From assembly GCA_949288955.1 (NCBI GenBank), contig CASEMS010000003.1, positions 5,290 through 69,289 of the forward strand: DNA of 64,000 nucleotides, given 5' to 3'. Numbering within the stretch: position 1 is the first letter of the stretch; the number at the start of each line of letters is the position of its first letter. Below, one piece after another: positions 1 through 8,281 of this stretch. The notes under the pieces are model-generated. The model had not been told where the DNA came from. It searched no databases and saw only the letters and a program-made list of their open reading frames with translations. The position numbers and the translations under genes are program-made. The stretch comes from an uncultured Lentisphaeraceae bacterium (GTDB taxonomy: Bacteria > Verrucomicrobiota > Kiritimatiellia > RFP12 > DVOR01).

Positions 1-2852
1 AGGGTGCCGGAGGCGTCGTCGCGCACGGCCTGGCAGGTTGGGGTGTTGGCAACGAGGTGGATGGGGGGCTCGCGGAGAAGGGCGGCGGGGTCGGCGATCT
101 CGGGGCGCATGTGGACGAGGTAGGCGACGGAGGCGTCCGTGGGTTGGGTGCCGTGGTCGACCCAGATCTCGAGGACGGTGGCGCGGCGGCCTTTGTCGGC
201 GAGCGCCTGGCATTTGGCCTTGTAGGCGACCATGTCCGGGGCGGGGTCGTCAAGGATGTGGGGGGCGAGGCGGTTGAGGGGGGTGCGGGGGGAGACGCGG
301 ACGTGGAGGGTGGCGTCTTTGTCCTCGGGGGCGGCGGAGGGCAGGATGAGGTAGCCAATGCCGGCGTGCTCCACCCAGAAACGCTGGGTGAGGGGATGGG
401 AGAGGTGGGCGTCCTCGGTGCCTTCGGGGATGGATTCCTCGGTGCCATCCTCCGCGCGGAGGGCGAGTGCGGCCGTGAAGGCGGCCTGGTTGAGGGTGCT
501 GCGGTAGGTGAAGGGAGCCTGCGCCGCCTTGCCGCCGGTGATGCCGCCACCGAGAACGAAGAGGCCATGCTCCAGGAAGACGAAGAGTTTGCGTGCGCGG
601 GTGGCGTTGCGCGGATGGCTGACGAACTCAAAGCCGCAGTGGCCGAGGCTGCCATCGCTGACGCCTCCGGCGCGTCTCCCTCCGCCCGCGCGATAGCGGT
701 CGAGGCCGCGGTATTTGTCATCGCTGCCCCATTCCTCGTCGAGCTGGGTGGTACCGGGGAGGGAGCGGAAGCGCCAGAGGGCGTCCGGGATGGTGTAGCG
801 GTGGAGCGCGCGGTACTCATCGCCCCGGCGCAGAAGGGTTGTTACACCGTCGCCGAAGGCGAGGTTGCCGGGGTTGGCCCCCGCGAAGGTCTCCACGCCG
901 CCGACGAGGGGGGAGGTGAGCTTGACGTCGATGTAGTAATCCTTGCGGCGGTGGACGGCCAGGAGTTGGCGAAAGAAAAAGCGGTTGCCCTCGATCGCGC
1001 CCTCGCCGCCGCGGACGCGCCCCAACAGCGCCTCGATCGCCGCGCGGGTCCCCTTCTCCAAGCATCCCTCCGGCAGGGCGAGGAGCCGCTGGGCGAAGAC
1101 GTGCGGGAAGACGCCTCGGTGCTCGTTGTGGCGGCCGTTGGCGCAGAAGGCCATCGCCCCGCGGTAGAGCACCCACTCATAGGCCAGGACATAGTCGGCC
1201 ACGCGGGCGTACTGCCGGCGCGACTCGCCCCACGGCGTGCCGGCGCGGGGGAAGCGCGTGGCGCGGATCGCCCAGTCACGGCCATAGGCGCCGAAGTTGA
1301 GCTGACGGCCATTGGCGGCGTGGAAGCTGAAGGTGGCGTCGCTCTCCATGCCGTCGAGGGTGCCGGGGCGGTAGGCGAAATGGTTGTCGTAGAGGCTGCG
1401 CGCGGCATCGTAGGCGAAGGGATCGTCCCAGAGCGCGGCGGCCGCCCAAGCCAATTCCATGAAGTTGTTGGCCTCGCCGTAACCGTCGTTCGTGCCGAGA
1501 TGCGTCTCATCGAGGAAGGAACGGCAGAGGATGGGGTCGGTGTTGCGCAGGGCCGCCACGCGCACGGCCAAGGCCTGACGTTGGAGCGCGGGCATCCGCA
1601 GGCAGGCCTCAAGGATCGGCCGCAACGCGATGGCGTCGGCCAAGAGCGCGCCATCCTGCAACCACAGGAAGCGCGGCCCGCCGTAGGCGGCGTGGGCGTG
1701 CGTGAAATAGGCCCCCGCCCACCGTAGCAGACGCGCCGCGGCCGCCTCCTCGCCCGTCGCGACGAAACGCGCCACAAGCGCCTTCGCGGCCGCGCGATAG
1801 GCCTCCGCCGTCGGCTCCTCGGGCGGTTCCTCCCCGAAATCCGGCGCGGCCCCGCCAAAGTTCAGGGCGCGATGGCGGAGATTCCCGGCGAAAGCCTCGT
1901 AGCAGGACTCCGCCGCAGAGGGCGTCAGGTGGAGAAAGCGCTCCGGCGGCACAGGCTCCCAGCCTTCGCCATCCGGCGTCCGCCACAACAGGGTGAACTC
2001 CGGCTCGGCCTCGCCCCGCCGCGCCAAGGTGACGGCGAAGGGCGTGACACCCGCCCGCAGACGCACGCGCTCCGCCCCCAGGCAACGCCGCCCATTGATG
2101 AGCAACTCCGCCGAACACACGGTCTCCAACTTGAAGCCATACTCCCCCGGACGGTCGGTCAGGAGAAAGCCCTCGACCCGCGCCGCCGCGTCCGCGCGGA
2201 GCAAATCCTGCACCGGGACGGCCAGCGTCCCCGCCGACTTGCCGAAGCGCAGGTCCTCGATGGGGCGATGCCAGTAATCCGGCAGACGGAAGGGGCCATT
2301 GCCGGGGTCGACGACGCTCTCGGCGGTGCGGAAAGGCGGATAATCCGCGGCGCCCGGCGCGAGCGCGGGGTCGGCGCCCACCGCGTGCGGGCCCGGACGG
2401 AAAGCCTTGGCCAGTGGCAGGGAGGGGGAATCGCCACGACGGATGATGCGCAGGAGCAGGCCGGGCGCGAGCGTCCCCGCCTTCGGCGCCACCGTCTCCA
2501 AGGTCAGCCGTTGGGTCTGCGGCAGGCCGTCCGGACGGGAGAAGACCGCCTCCAACGCCACCGTGCCGGGGCGAATCAGCCAGAAGCCGAGGTCGCACTG
2601 CGCGGCCGACCCTGCGTACCACACCGGCCCGCCGCCCTCCTCGCGCAACGTCACGTCCAGCCCACGCGTCGCGCGCGGGTGCGCCAACAACCGCACCCAT
2701 GCGCCTTGGGCGCCCGCCAGGCGCGGCCCCACCAACCGCCCGTTCGCCACAAGCATCCCCTGCGCCTTCACCTCGCGCCCCGCGCCAAGGGCGACCGCCG
2801 CCGAGGCCGCCACGCCCTGCGCCAGAAAGCGCCGCCGCGTCAGCCCATCCAT
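1..2852 (-). CDS. Tat-exported polysaccharide lyase family 8 (chondroitin AC/hyaluronate lyase-like) with N-terminal PA14-like domain; runs off the window start
   Basis: Hand translation from ATG 2852: twin-Arg signal MDGLTRRRFLAQGVAASAAVALGA; PA14-like ARVEGFLLTDRPGEYGFKLET; PL8-like DGMESDATFSFHAANGRQLNFGAYG, EGNRFFFRQLLAVHRRKDYYIDVK, GDGVTTLLRRGDEY, RSLPGTT, VANTPTCQAVR. Not in the ORF track because the stop lies outside the window. Confidence 0.8.
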   Translation of the reverse strand, partial: MDGLTRRRFLAQGVAASAAVALGAGREVKAQGMLVANGRLVGPRLAGAQGAWVRLLAHPRATRGLDVTLREEGGGPVWYAGSAAQCDLGFWLIRPGTVALEAVFSRPDGLPQTQRLTLETVAPKAGTLAPGLLLRIIRRGDSPSLPLAKAFRPGPHAVGADPALAPGAADYPPFRTAESVVDPGNGPFRLPDYWHRPIEDLRFGKSAGTLAVPVQDLLRADAAARVEGFLLTDRPGEYGFKLETVCSAELLINGRRCLGAERVRLRAGVTPFAVTLARRGEAEPEFTLLWRTPDGEGWEPVPPERFLHLTPSAAESCYEAFAGNLRHRALNFGGAAPDFGEEPPEEPTAEAYRAAAKALVARFVATGEEAAAARLLRWAGAYFTHAHAAYGGPRFLWLQDGALLADAIALRPILEACLRMPALQRQALAVRVAALRNTDPILCRSFLDETHLGTNDGYGEANNFMELAWAAAALWDDPFAYDAARSLYDNHFAYRPGTLDGMESDATFSFHAANGRQLNFGAYGRDWAIRATRFPRAGTPWGESRRQYARVADYVLAYEWVLYRGAMAFCANGRHNEHRGVFPHVFAQRLLALPEGCLEKGTRAAIEALLGRVRGGEGAIEGNRFFFRQLLAVHRRKDYYIDVKLTSPLVGGVETFAGANPGNLAFGDGVTTLLRRGDEYRALHRYTIPDALWRFRSLPGTTQLDEEWGSDDKYRGLDRYRAGGGRRAGGVSDGSLGHCGFEFVSHPRNATRARKLFVFLEHGLFVLGGGITGGKAAQAPFTYRSTLNQAAFTAALALRAEDGTEESIPEGTEDAHLSHPLTQRFWVEHAGIGYLILPSAAPEDKDATLHVRVSPRTPLNRLAPHILDDPAPDMVAYKAKCQALADKGRRATVLEIWVDHGTQPTDASVAYLVHMRPEIADPAALLREPPIHLVANTPTCQAVRDDASGT

Positions 2853-2973
2853 CGCGCATCTCGCAAAATCACGTTCATGGTCTCATCATACCACATCGCC
2901 GTGCGCGTGGCCTTGCCGTTGGGACGTGTCTGCCGCCCTGCGTTCTCCCAGAGGCAGAGGGGCTCAACGCCGA

Positions 2974-3826
2974 GACTTGGCGGCCGATCCACCGAGAGTC
3001 AGCCGCCAAGTCTCCTTGGGTCGGCCGCCGATCCTCCGCGAAGACGCGGCTGCGCCGGGACACGTCGGCGCTAACGCCGGGCACATCCGTGCCCTCGCCT
3101 TGCCCCGAAGCGCGAAGGCGGCGGGCGGGAGGGCGAAACAAGGGGGCGTCTCCGCCCCCGCCGCTTTCGCCCGGCGTTAGCCCGCCATCCTTCGCGCACC
3201 CTCGCGTCCTCGCGGGACAGAAAGCATCGGCGGCTGACTCTCCTCGGACTAGCGGCTGATCCACCGAGCGTCAGCCGCCAAGTCTCCTTGGGTCGGCCGC
3301 CGATCCTCCGCGAAGACGCGATTGCGCCGGGACACTCGGCGCTAACGCCAGGCACATCCGTGCCCTCCCGCGCCGAGTGCCCCGGCTTCGGGGGAGAGGG
3401 TACCTGGCCCCGAGGCGCGAAGGCGGCGGGCGGGAGGGCGAAACAAGGGGCGTTTCCGCCCCCGCCGCTTTCGCCCGGCGTTAGCCCGCCGTCCTTCGCG
3501 CACCCTCGCGTCCTCGCGGGACTGAAAGCATCGGCGGCTGACTCTCCTCGGACTAGCGGCCGATCCACCGAGCGTCAGCCGCCAAGTCTCCTTGGGTCGG
3601 CCGCCGATCCTCCGCGAAGACGCGGCTGCGCCGGGACACGTCGGCGCTAACGCCGGGCACATCCGTGCCCTCCTTCGGGGGAGAGGGTGCCTTGCCCCGA
3701 AGCGCGAAGGCGGCGGGCGGGAGGGCGAAACAAGGGGGCGTCTCCGCCCCCACCGCTTTCGCCCGGCGTTAGCCCGCCGTCCTTCGCGCACCTTCGCGTC
3801 CTCGCGGGACAAAAAGCATCGGCGGC
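2974..3826. repeat. Three tandem ~270-304 bp composite units: 22-bp palindromic repeats plus a 180-212 nt structured core (cores 3036-3215, 3308-3519, 3612-3807)
   Basis: Near-identical units start at ~2980, 3252 and 3556; each core is bounded by CCGCGAAGACGCG...CGCGTCCTCGCGG; a fourth copy lies at 10217-10430. Confidence 0.95.
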
Positions 3827-3860
3827 GGGGGCGCTTTGTGCCGACGGCCGGAGCGGGGCG

Positions 3861-3869
3861 TGCTATAAT
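3861..3869 (+). promoter_or_regulatory. Extended -10 promoter (TGCTATAAT), probably leaderless transcript of the EamA gene
   Basis: TGnTATAAT 8 nt upstream of ATG 3878, no Shine-Dalgarno between. Confidence 0.6.
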
Positions 3870-3877
3870 GGGTGCGT

Positions 3878-4777
3878 ATGGATTCCGGCGGGACGATTCG
3901 TTCGGGTTGGGCGGCGTGTCTCCTTGCCGTGACGGTGTGGGGGATGACGTTCGCGACGACCAAGCAGCTGTTGGCGGCGTTGCCGCCGACGGAAATCCTG
4001 TTGTTGCGCTTTCTTTTGGGCTATGCCGCGCTCTGGGCGCTCGCGCCGCGGCCTCTGCCGTGGCAGGGTTGGCGCGCGGAGGCGCGAATGGCCGTGGCGG
4101 GGGCGCTGGGCATCGCCCTCTATTTCCACTTCGAGAACCTGGCGCTGACGCACGCGCGGGCGGGGCTGGTGGCGGTGGTGGTCTGCACCTCGCCGCTGCT
4201 GACGGCCTTTTGCGCGCGGCTGATGGGGCGGACGCGGCGGTTGGGGCGTTGGTTCTGGGTGGGGCTCTTCCTGGCGTTGGCGGGGGTGGCGCTGACGGTA
4301 ACAGGTGGGGACGCGGGGGCGTTGCGCGGCGCGTGGCAGGGGGTGGCGCTTGGTTTGGCGGGGGCGGCGGTGTGGGCGGTCTACACGCTCCTGCCGTTGC
4401 CGGAGTCGGGGTTGGCGGTTACGCGCCGGACCTTCCTGTGGGGGTTGGTGGCGATGACGCCGCTTTGCCTGGCCGAGGCGGGGGCGTGGCGCATGGCGCC
4501 GCTCGCGGATTGGGGCAACGTCTGGCGGTTGTTTTTCCTGGGTTTGGTCGCCTCGGCGGTCTGCTACGCGGCATGGAACGCCGCGGTGGCGCGTCTGGGC
4601 GGCGTGCGCGCGGCGGTCTGCCTCTATCTGAACCCCGTGGTGGGCGTGGTCACGGCGGCGTTGCTCTTGGGCGAGCCGTTGGACGCGCCGACGTTGCTGG
4701 GCGTGGCCCTGACCCTTGGCGGCGTGGCCCTCTCCGCCCGCGCCCCCCATCCCGCCGCCCGCGCGGCGAAGGGCTGA
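3878..4777 (+). CDS. DMT/EamA family transporter
   Basis: ~10 hydrophobic helices; VWGMTFATTK, LLRFLLG, YLNPVVGVVTAALLLGEPL typical of two EamA repeats. Confidence 0.9.
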   Translation: MDSGGTIRSGWAACLLAVTVWGMTFATTKQLLAALPPTEILLLRFLLGYAALWALAPRPLPWQGWRAEARMAVAGALGIALYFHFENLALTHARAGLVAVVVCTSPLLTAFCARLMGRTRRLGRWFWVGLFLALAGVALTVTGGDAGALRGAWQGVALGLAGAAVWAVYTLLPLPESGLAVTRRTFLWGLVAMTPLCLAEAGAWRMAPLADWGNVWRLFFLGLVASAVCYAAWNAAVARLGGVRAAVCLYLNPVVGVVTAALLLGEPLDAPTLLGVALTLGGVALSARAPHPAARAAKG

Positions 4778-4805
4778 GCAGCTCCCCGCGCCACGCAAAA
4801 AGTCC

Positions 4806-4834
4806 TTGACTTGTCCGAAGAAAGAAGGTACGCT
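4806..4834 (+). promoter_or_regulatory. Sigma70-type promoter for the PEP-CTERM gene
   Basis: TTGACT-17 nt-TACGCT; AAGGA-type RBS before ATG 4884. Confidence 0.6.
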
Positions 4835-4883
4835 AAGGACAAATGAGGACGATTCGGGACCTCGGACAAGGAAGGACAGACAC

Positions 4884-5525
4884 ATGAACGGACGGCAGTT
4901 GATTTGTGCATTGGCGGTGGTTGGCGCGCTCGGAACCGCGCAGGCGGCCTCGCTGGATTGGAGCGCGACGCAGATCGCGGCGGAGGCCGGGACGACCTCC
5001 TCGCTCACCTCGCTTGGCGCGGGGAACGATTGGACGACGCTTTCGCTGGCCTTCGTCTTCACGGTCGGGGAGACGCAGACGGGCGGCCCGCGCCTCTCGG
5101 TGACCACCTCCGTCAACTCGGGCGCCTATCTTGGCGTGGGCGTGGCGGGTGCGAAGAACCAGGGACGGCTTTATCGGGACAACACCGCCACCTTCTACTC
5201 CCGCGGCACGATCCATGAGGGCACGAACGTGGTGGGGATGGTGATCGAGGTGGCGAACAATCGCCTGACGCTCCTCTCCTTTGACATCAACGGCACGACC
5301 TTCGGCCCCGCCGAGGTGGGCAGGGAGAACGGGTGCTACTACTCTGGGCAGACGGGGGCGATGACCATCGACTCGCTCACCGTCGCATTGGCTGAGAACG
5401 GCACGCTTTACCTCGCGGAAGGCGCGGCGACGGGCGAGGACTTCGCGGCATTGCCGGAGCCGACGGCGTTGGCGTTGCTGGCGCTGGGCGTGGCAGGGGT
5501 GGCGTTGCGGCGCAAGGTGGCGTAA
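4884..5525 (+). CDS. PEP-CTERM sorting domain surface protein
   Basis: Signal peptide MNGRQLICALAVVGALGTAQA; C-terminus LPEPTALALLALGVAGVALRRKVA (PEP motif, TM helix, basic cluster). Confidence 0.92.
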   Translation: MNGRQLICALAVVGALGTAQAASLDWSATQIAAEAGTTSSLTSLGAGNDWTTLSLAFVFTVGETQTGGPRLSVTTSVNSGAYLGVGVAGAKNQGRLYRDNTATFYSRGTIHEGTNVVGMVIEVANNRLTLLSFDINGTTFGPAEVGRENGCYYSGQTGAMTIDSLTVALAENGTLYLAEGAATGEDFAALPEPTALALLALGVAGVALRRKVA

Positions 5526-5544
5526 GGAAAGGCGCCGTCATGGT

Positions 5545-5590
5545 GCGCACCCCTCCCGTCCGCCAAGACGGGAGGGCGCGTTTGCGTTTT
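5545..5590 (+). terminator. Probable intrinsic terminator
   Basis: Stem CCCTCCCGTC/GACGGGAGGG followed by T-rich GTTTGCGTTTT. Confidence 0.6.
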
Positions 5591-5642
5591 GTGGCTTGGG
5601 CGTGGTGCGTGGGGTTGGCAGGGTCAAATGAAAGGGATTGCG

Positions 5643-8273
5643 ATGCGCGTGGCGCTTGGTGCGGCAGTGGTTTGGATGGCGGCGGTGGCTTCGGCGGCGA
5701 CCTTCGCGGGGGTGACGTGCTCGGATGGCGGGGTCTCGGCGGAGGTCCCGGCGGGGGCGGAGGTCGATGAGGCCGGGGCGTTGGTGTTGGGGGCGTCGCC
5801 GCTTCGGGTTACAGGCTTCGCGGCGGGTCATCCGGCGGTGGCGGTGACGTTCGACGCCACGTTGCCGGAGGGGGCGGAGGGGGCGCTCGTGGGATGGGAG
5901 ATGCGGCGGACGTCGGGGGAGGACCAAGGGACCTTCACGGCGCAGGCGGTGGCGGTCGCCTCGGGGGATCCGCTGACGCACGGCAACGCGCAGGCGCATC
6001 AGGACACGGTAACGCACGGGCGCCCCTCCGCGGGGCGGCATCTGTGGACGCTCACCTATTCCGCCTCGGCGGGCGCGGCGCTCTGGGAGGATGGCCGCCT
6101 GCTGGCGGAGGCGCCGGGCATCAAGTGGACCAACGCGCCGCTCACGGCGGTAACCTTCGGGGGGACGGCCCTGGGGGCGTCGCCGATCGCAGGTTTGCGT
6201 CTCCATGCGGCACGGGTGGACTTCGCGGAGACGGGTGTGCCGGAGAATCCGGTGGCGACGCTTTACGAGGTGCCGGAGGCGTTGCGCGGGTTGGGTGCGG
6301 GGCCGCTGATCCATCTGTTGCGGACGCAGGGTGGGCTGACCACGCCGTCGGTCTCGGTGAATGGGGAGGCGTTGGGCGCGCGCAACGCGGCGTTGGCGCT
6401 CTGGGCCTTTGGCTTGGGGACGGAGGGTGCGGTGGCGATGACCGTCGGGCGGTTGGCGGTCGGCGCGGAGGGCACGGTGTCGCTGACGCTCTCGGAGGAG
6501 ACACCGCCGTTGCGCAACGGTGCGCTCTCCTTGATCGGCGCACGCCGACTCGATGGGCCGTGGGAGCGGTTGGCGAGCGTCGCGGCGCCCATCGCCGCAG
6601 GGACGACGCTGGAGGCGGAGACGTCGGGGTGCGCCTTCTTCAAGGTTCGGGCGGAGGAAGCCGTCGGCGAGCCGGGGCCATTGGCGGCGCTTCGGGCGGA
6701 GGGCGCGGAGCGTCCGGTGTGGGCGGGGACGGGCGAGGCGACGTTGCTCGCCTTCACGCTGGCCGGGGAGCCGGAGGATTTGGACGGCGCGGACAGGGAA
6801 TCGCTGACGCTGACCCTGACGGGCGCGGGCGTCGTGCCGGGCGGGACGTACACGCTGACGGTGGACGGGGTGGCGCATCGAGCGGTGTTGGGGGCGGATG
6901 GGACGCTGACCTTCACCGGGCTCGCGCCGTATGTCGGCGCGGCGGTGTCGCTCGCGGGGCCGACCTCGGCGAACGGCGAGGTGACGGTGGCCGACTCTTC
7001 GTGGGGCGGGGCGGGCGCGCGGGCGCACATCGCGGCGGTGGTGGCAGACGATTTGGTGAAGGATGGCTTCGTGCCCGCGGATTGCGACCTGGCCACGGAG
7101 ATCACCTACGACGGCTACGACGCCACGATCTACCGCATCCCCGCCCTTGCCACGGACGGCGAGGGCGGCGTGGTCGCGCTCTACGACGTGCGCTATGGCA
7201 GCGGCGACCTCGGCGACAAACGGCTCAGCGGCATCGATCTGGGCGAGACCGTCAGCACGGACGGCGGCGCGACGTGGGGGAAGCCGCACCTGGCCGTCGA
7301 CGTGCCCAACTTCCGCGCCAACGACGGCAGCTACCCTTACGGCAAGGATCAGGGCGCGATCACGCCGGAGATGGACATCGGCGATGCCGCGATTCTCTTC
7401 GATCCCGCGGCGAAACGCTACTGGCTCATGGCCATCACCGGCGGCGGCCTCGTCTCCGCCGGGACCAACGCCGCCAAGAACGACTGCGTGCTCTACACGC
7501 GCGGCGTGGGGGCGGAGGCGAAGTGGGAGGGGCGGCGTTCCGTCAAAGCGGACATCCTCGCGGGCATCGGCAAGACGAACCACCCCGGGCACGGCGTCCT
7601 CGCCGGCCCCGGCCACGGCATGGTCACCCAGGTCGGCCACGCGGGGATGCCCAAGGGCACGCTCGTCTTCCCCGTCCAAGCCTTCGTGAACAGCGGCACC
7701 GGCGACGCGCAGTGCTGCGCCGCCTACTCCACCGACGGCGGCGCGACCTGGCAGACCACCGGCCTCACCCCCAAGACCCTCGCCCAGGCCCCCCACAACG
7801 CGCAGGAGAACTGCGTGATGGAGTTGGACGACGGTTCCTGGCTCATGATGTCCAAGGGCGGCACTTGGGGCGCGGGCAACGGACGCCGCCTCTTCTTCCG
7901 CACCACCGACTTCCGGAACTGGACGCAGCTCGCCTCCATCCCCAATGTCATCCACGTGCAAGGCTCCTGCCTGCGCATCGGCGTGGGGCCCGACGGGGTG
8001 GGTCGCTACGTGCTCGCCCATCAGACCGACCCCGGCACCCGCGCCGGGCTGGCGCTCGTCTTCGGGCGCGACCTCACCGCCGCCAACCCCGAGGCCGGGC
8101 AGGAAGGCGTGGCGTGGGACCTCGACAACCCCCTCATGCTGCACGCGGGCGAGACCGGCGGGCAGGGCTACGTCTCCCTCTGCCTGCTGGATTCCGAGAC
8201 CCTTGGCGTGCTTTACGAGGCCAAGAACCAGATACTCTTCGAGCGCATCGACCTTGCGCCCCACCTACGCTGA
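5643..8273 (+). CDS. Secreted exo-alpha-sialidase (GH33) with long N-terminal accessory domains
   Basis: Signal peptide; YRIP motif; Asp boxes STDGGATW (x2) and TTDFRNW; GPGHG; QENCVMEL; GYVSL...GVLYE at the end. Alternative start 5628. Confidence 0.88.
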   Translation: MRVALGAAVVWMAAVASAATFAGVTCSDGGVSAEVPAGAEVDEAGALVLGASPLRVTGFAAGHPAVAVTFDATLPEGAEGALVGWEMRRTSGEDQGTFTAQAVAVASGDPLTHGNAQAHQDTVTHGRPSAGRHLWTLTYSASAGAALWEDGRLLAEAPGIKWTNAPLTAVTFGGTALGASPIAGLRLHAARVDFAETGVPENPVATLYEVPEALRGLGAGPLIHLLRTQGGLTTPSVSVNGEALGARNAALALWAFGLGTEGAVAMTVGRLAVGAEGTVSLTLSEETPPLRNGALSLIGARRLDGPWERLASVAAPIAAGTTLEAETSGCAFFKVRAEEAVGEPGPLAALRAEGAERPVWAGTGEATLLAFTLAGEPEDLDGADRESLTLTLTGAGVVPGGTYTLTVDGVAHRAVLGADGTLTFTGLAPYVGAAVSLAGPTSANGEVTVADSSWGGAGARAHIAAVVADDLVKDGFVPADCDLATEITYDGYDATIYRIPALATDGEGGVVALYDVRYGSGDLGDKRLSGIDLGETVSTDGGATWGKPHLAVDVPNFRANDGSYPYGKDQGAITPEMDIGDAAILFDPAAKRYWLMAITGGGLVSAGTNAAKNDCVLYTRGVGAEAKWEGRRSVKADILAGIGKTNHPGHGVLAGPGHGMVTQVGHAGMPKGTLVFPVQAFVNSGTGDAQCCAAYSTDGGATWQTTGLTPKTLAQAPHNAQENCVMELDDGSWLMMSKGGTWGAGNGRRLFFRTTDFRNWTQLASIPNVIHVQGSCLRIGVGPDGVGRYVLAHQTDPGTRAGLALVFGRDLTAANPEAGQEGVAWDLDNPLMLHAGETGGQGYVSLCLLDSETLGVLYEAKNQILFERIDLAPHLR

Positions 8274-8281
8274 GGGGAACG

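Noticed and set aside
3036-3215. Structured core as tRNA, SRP, tmRNA, riboswitch or group II intron fragment
   Set aside because: No T-loop or CCA, no SRP or tag-peptide features, no domain V motif recognised; multicopy tandem arrangement argues against these.
2875-3812. Repeated ORFs (MDQPLVRGESAADAF...) over the composite repeats
   Set aside because: Frames are not maintained between copies and there is no RBS; conservation tracks base-pairing, not codons.
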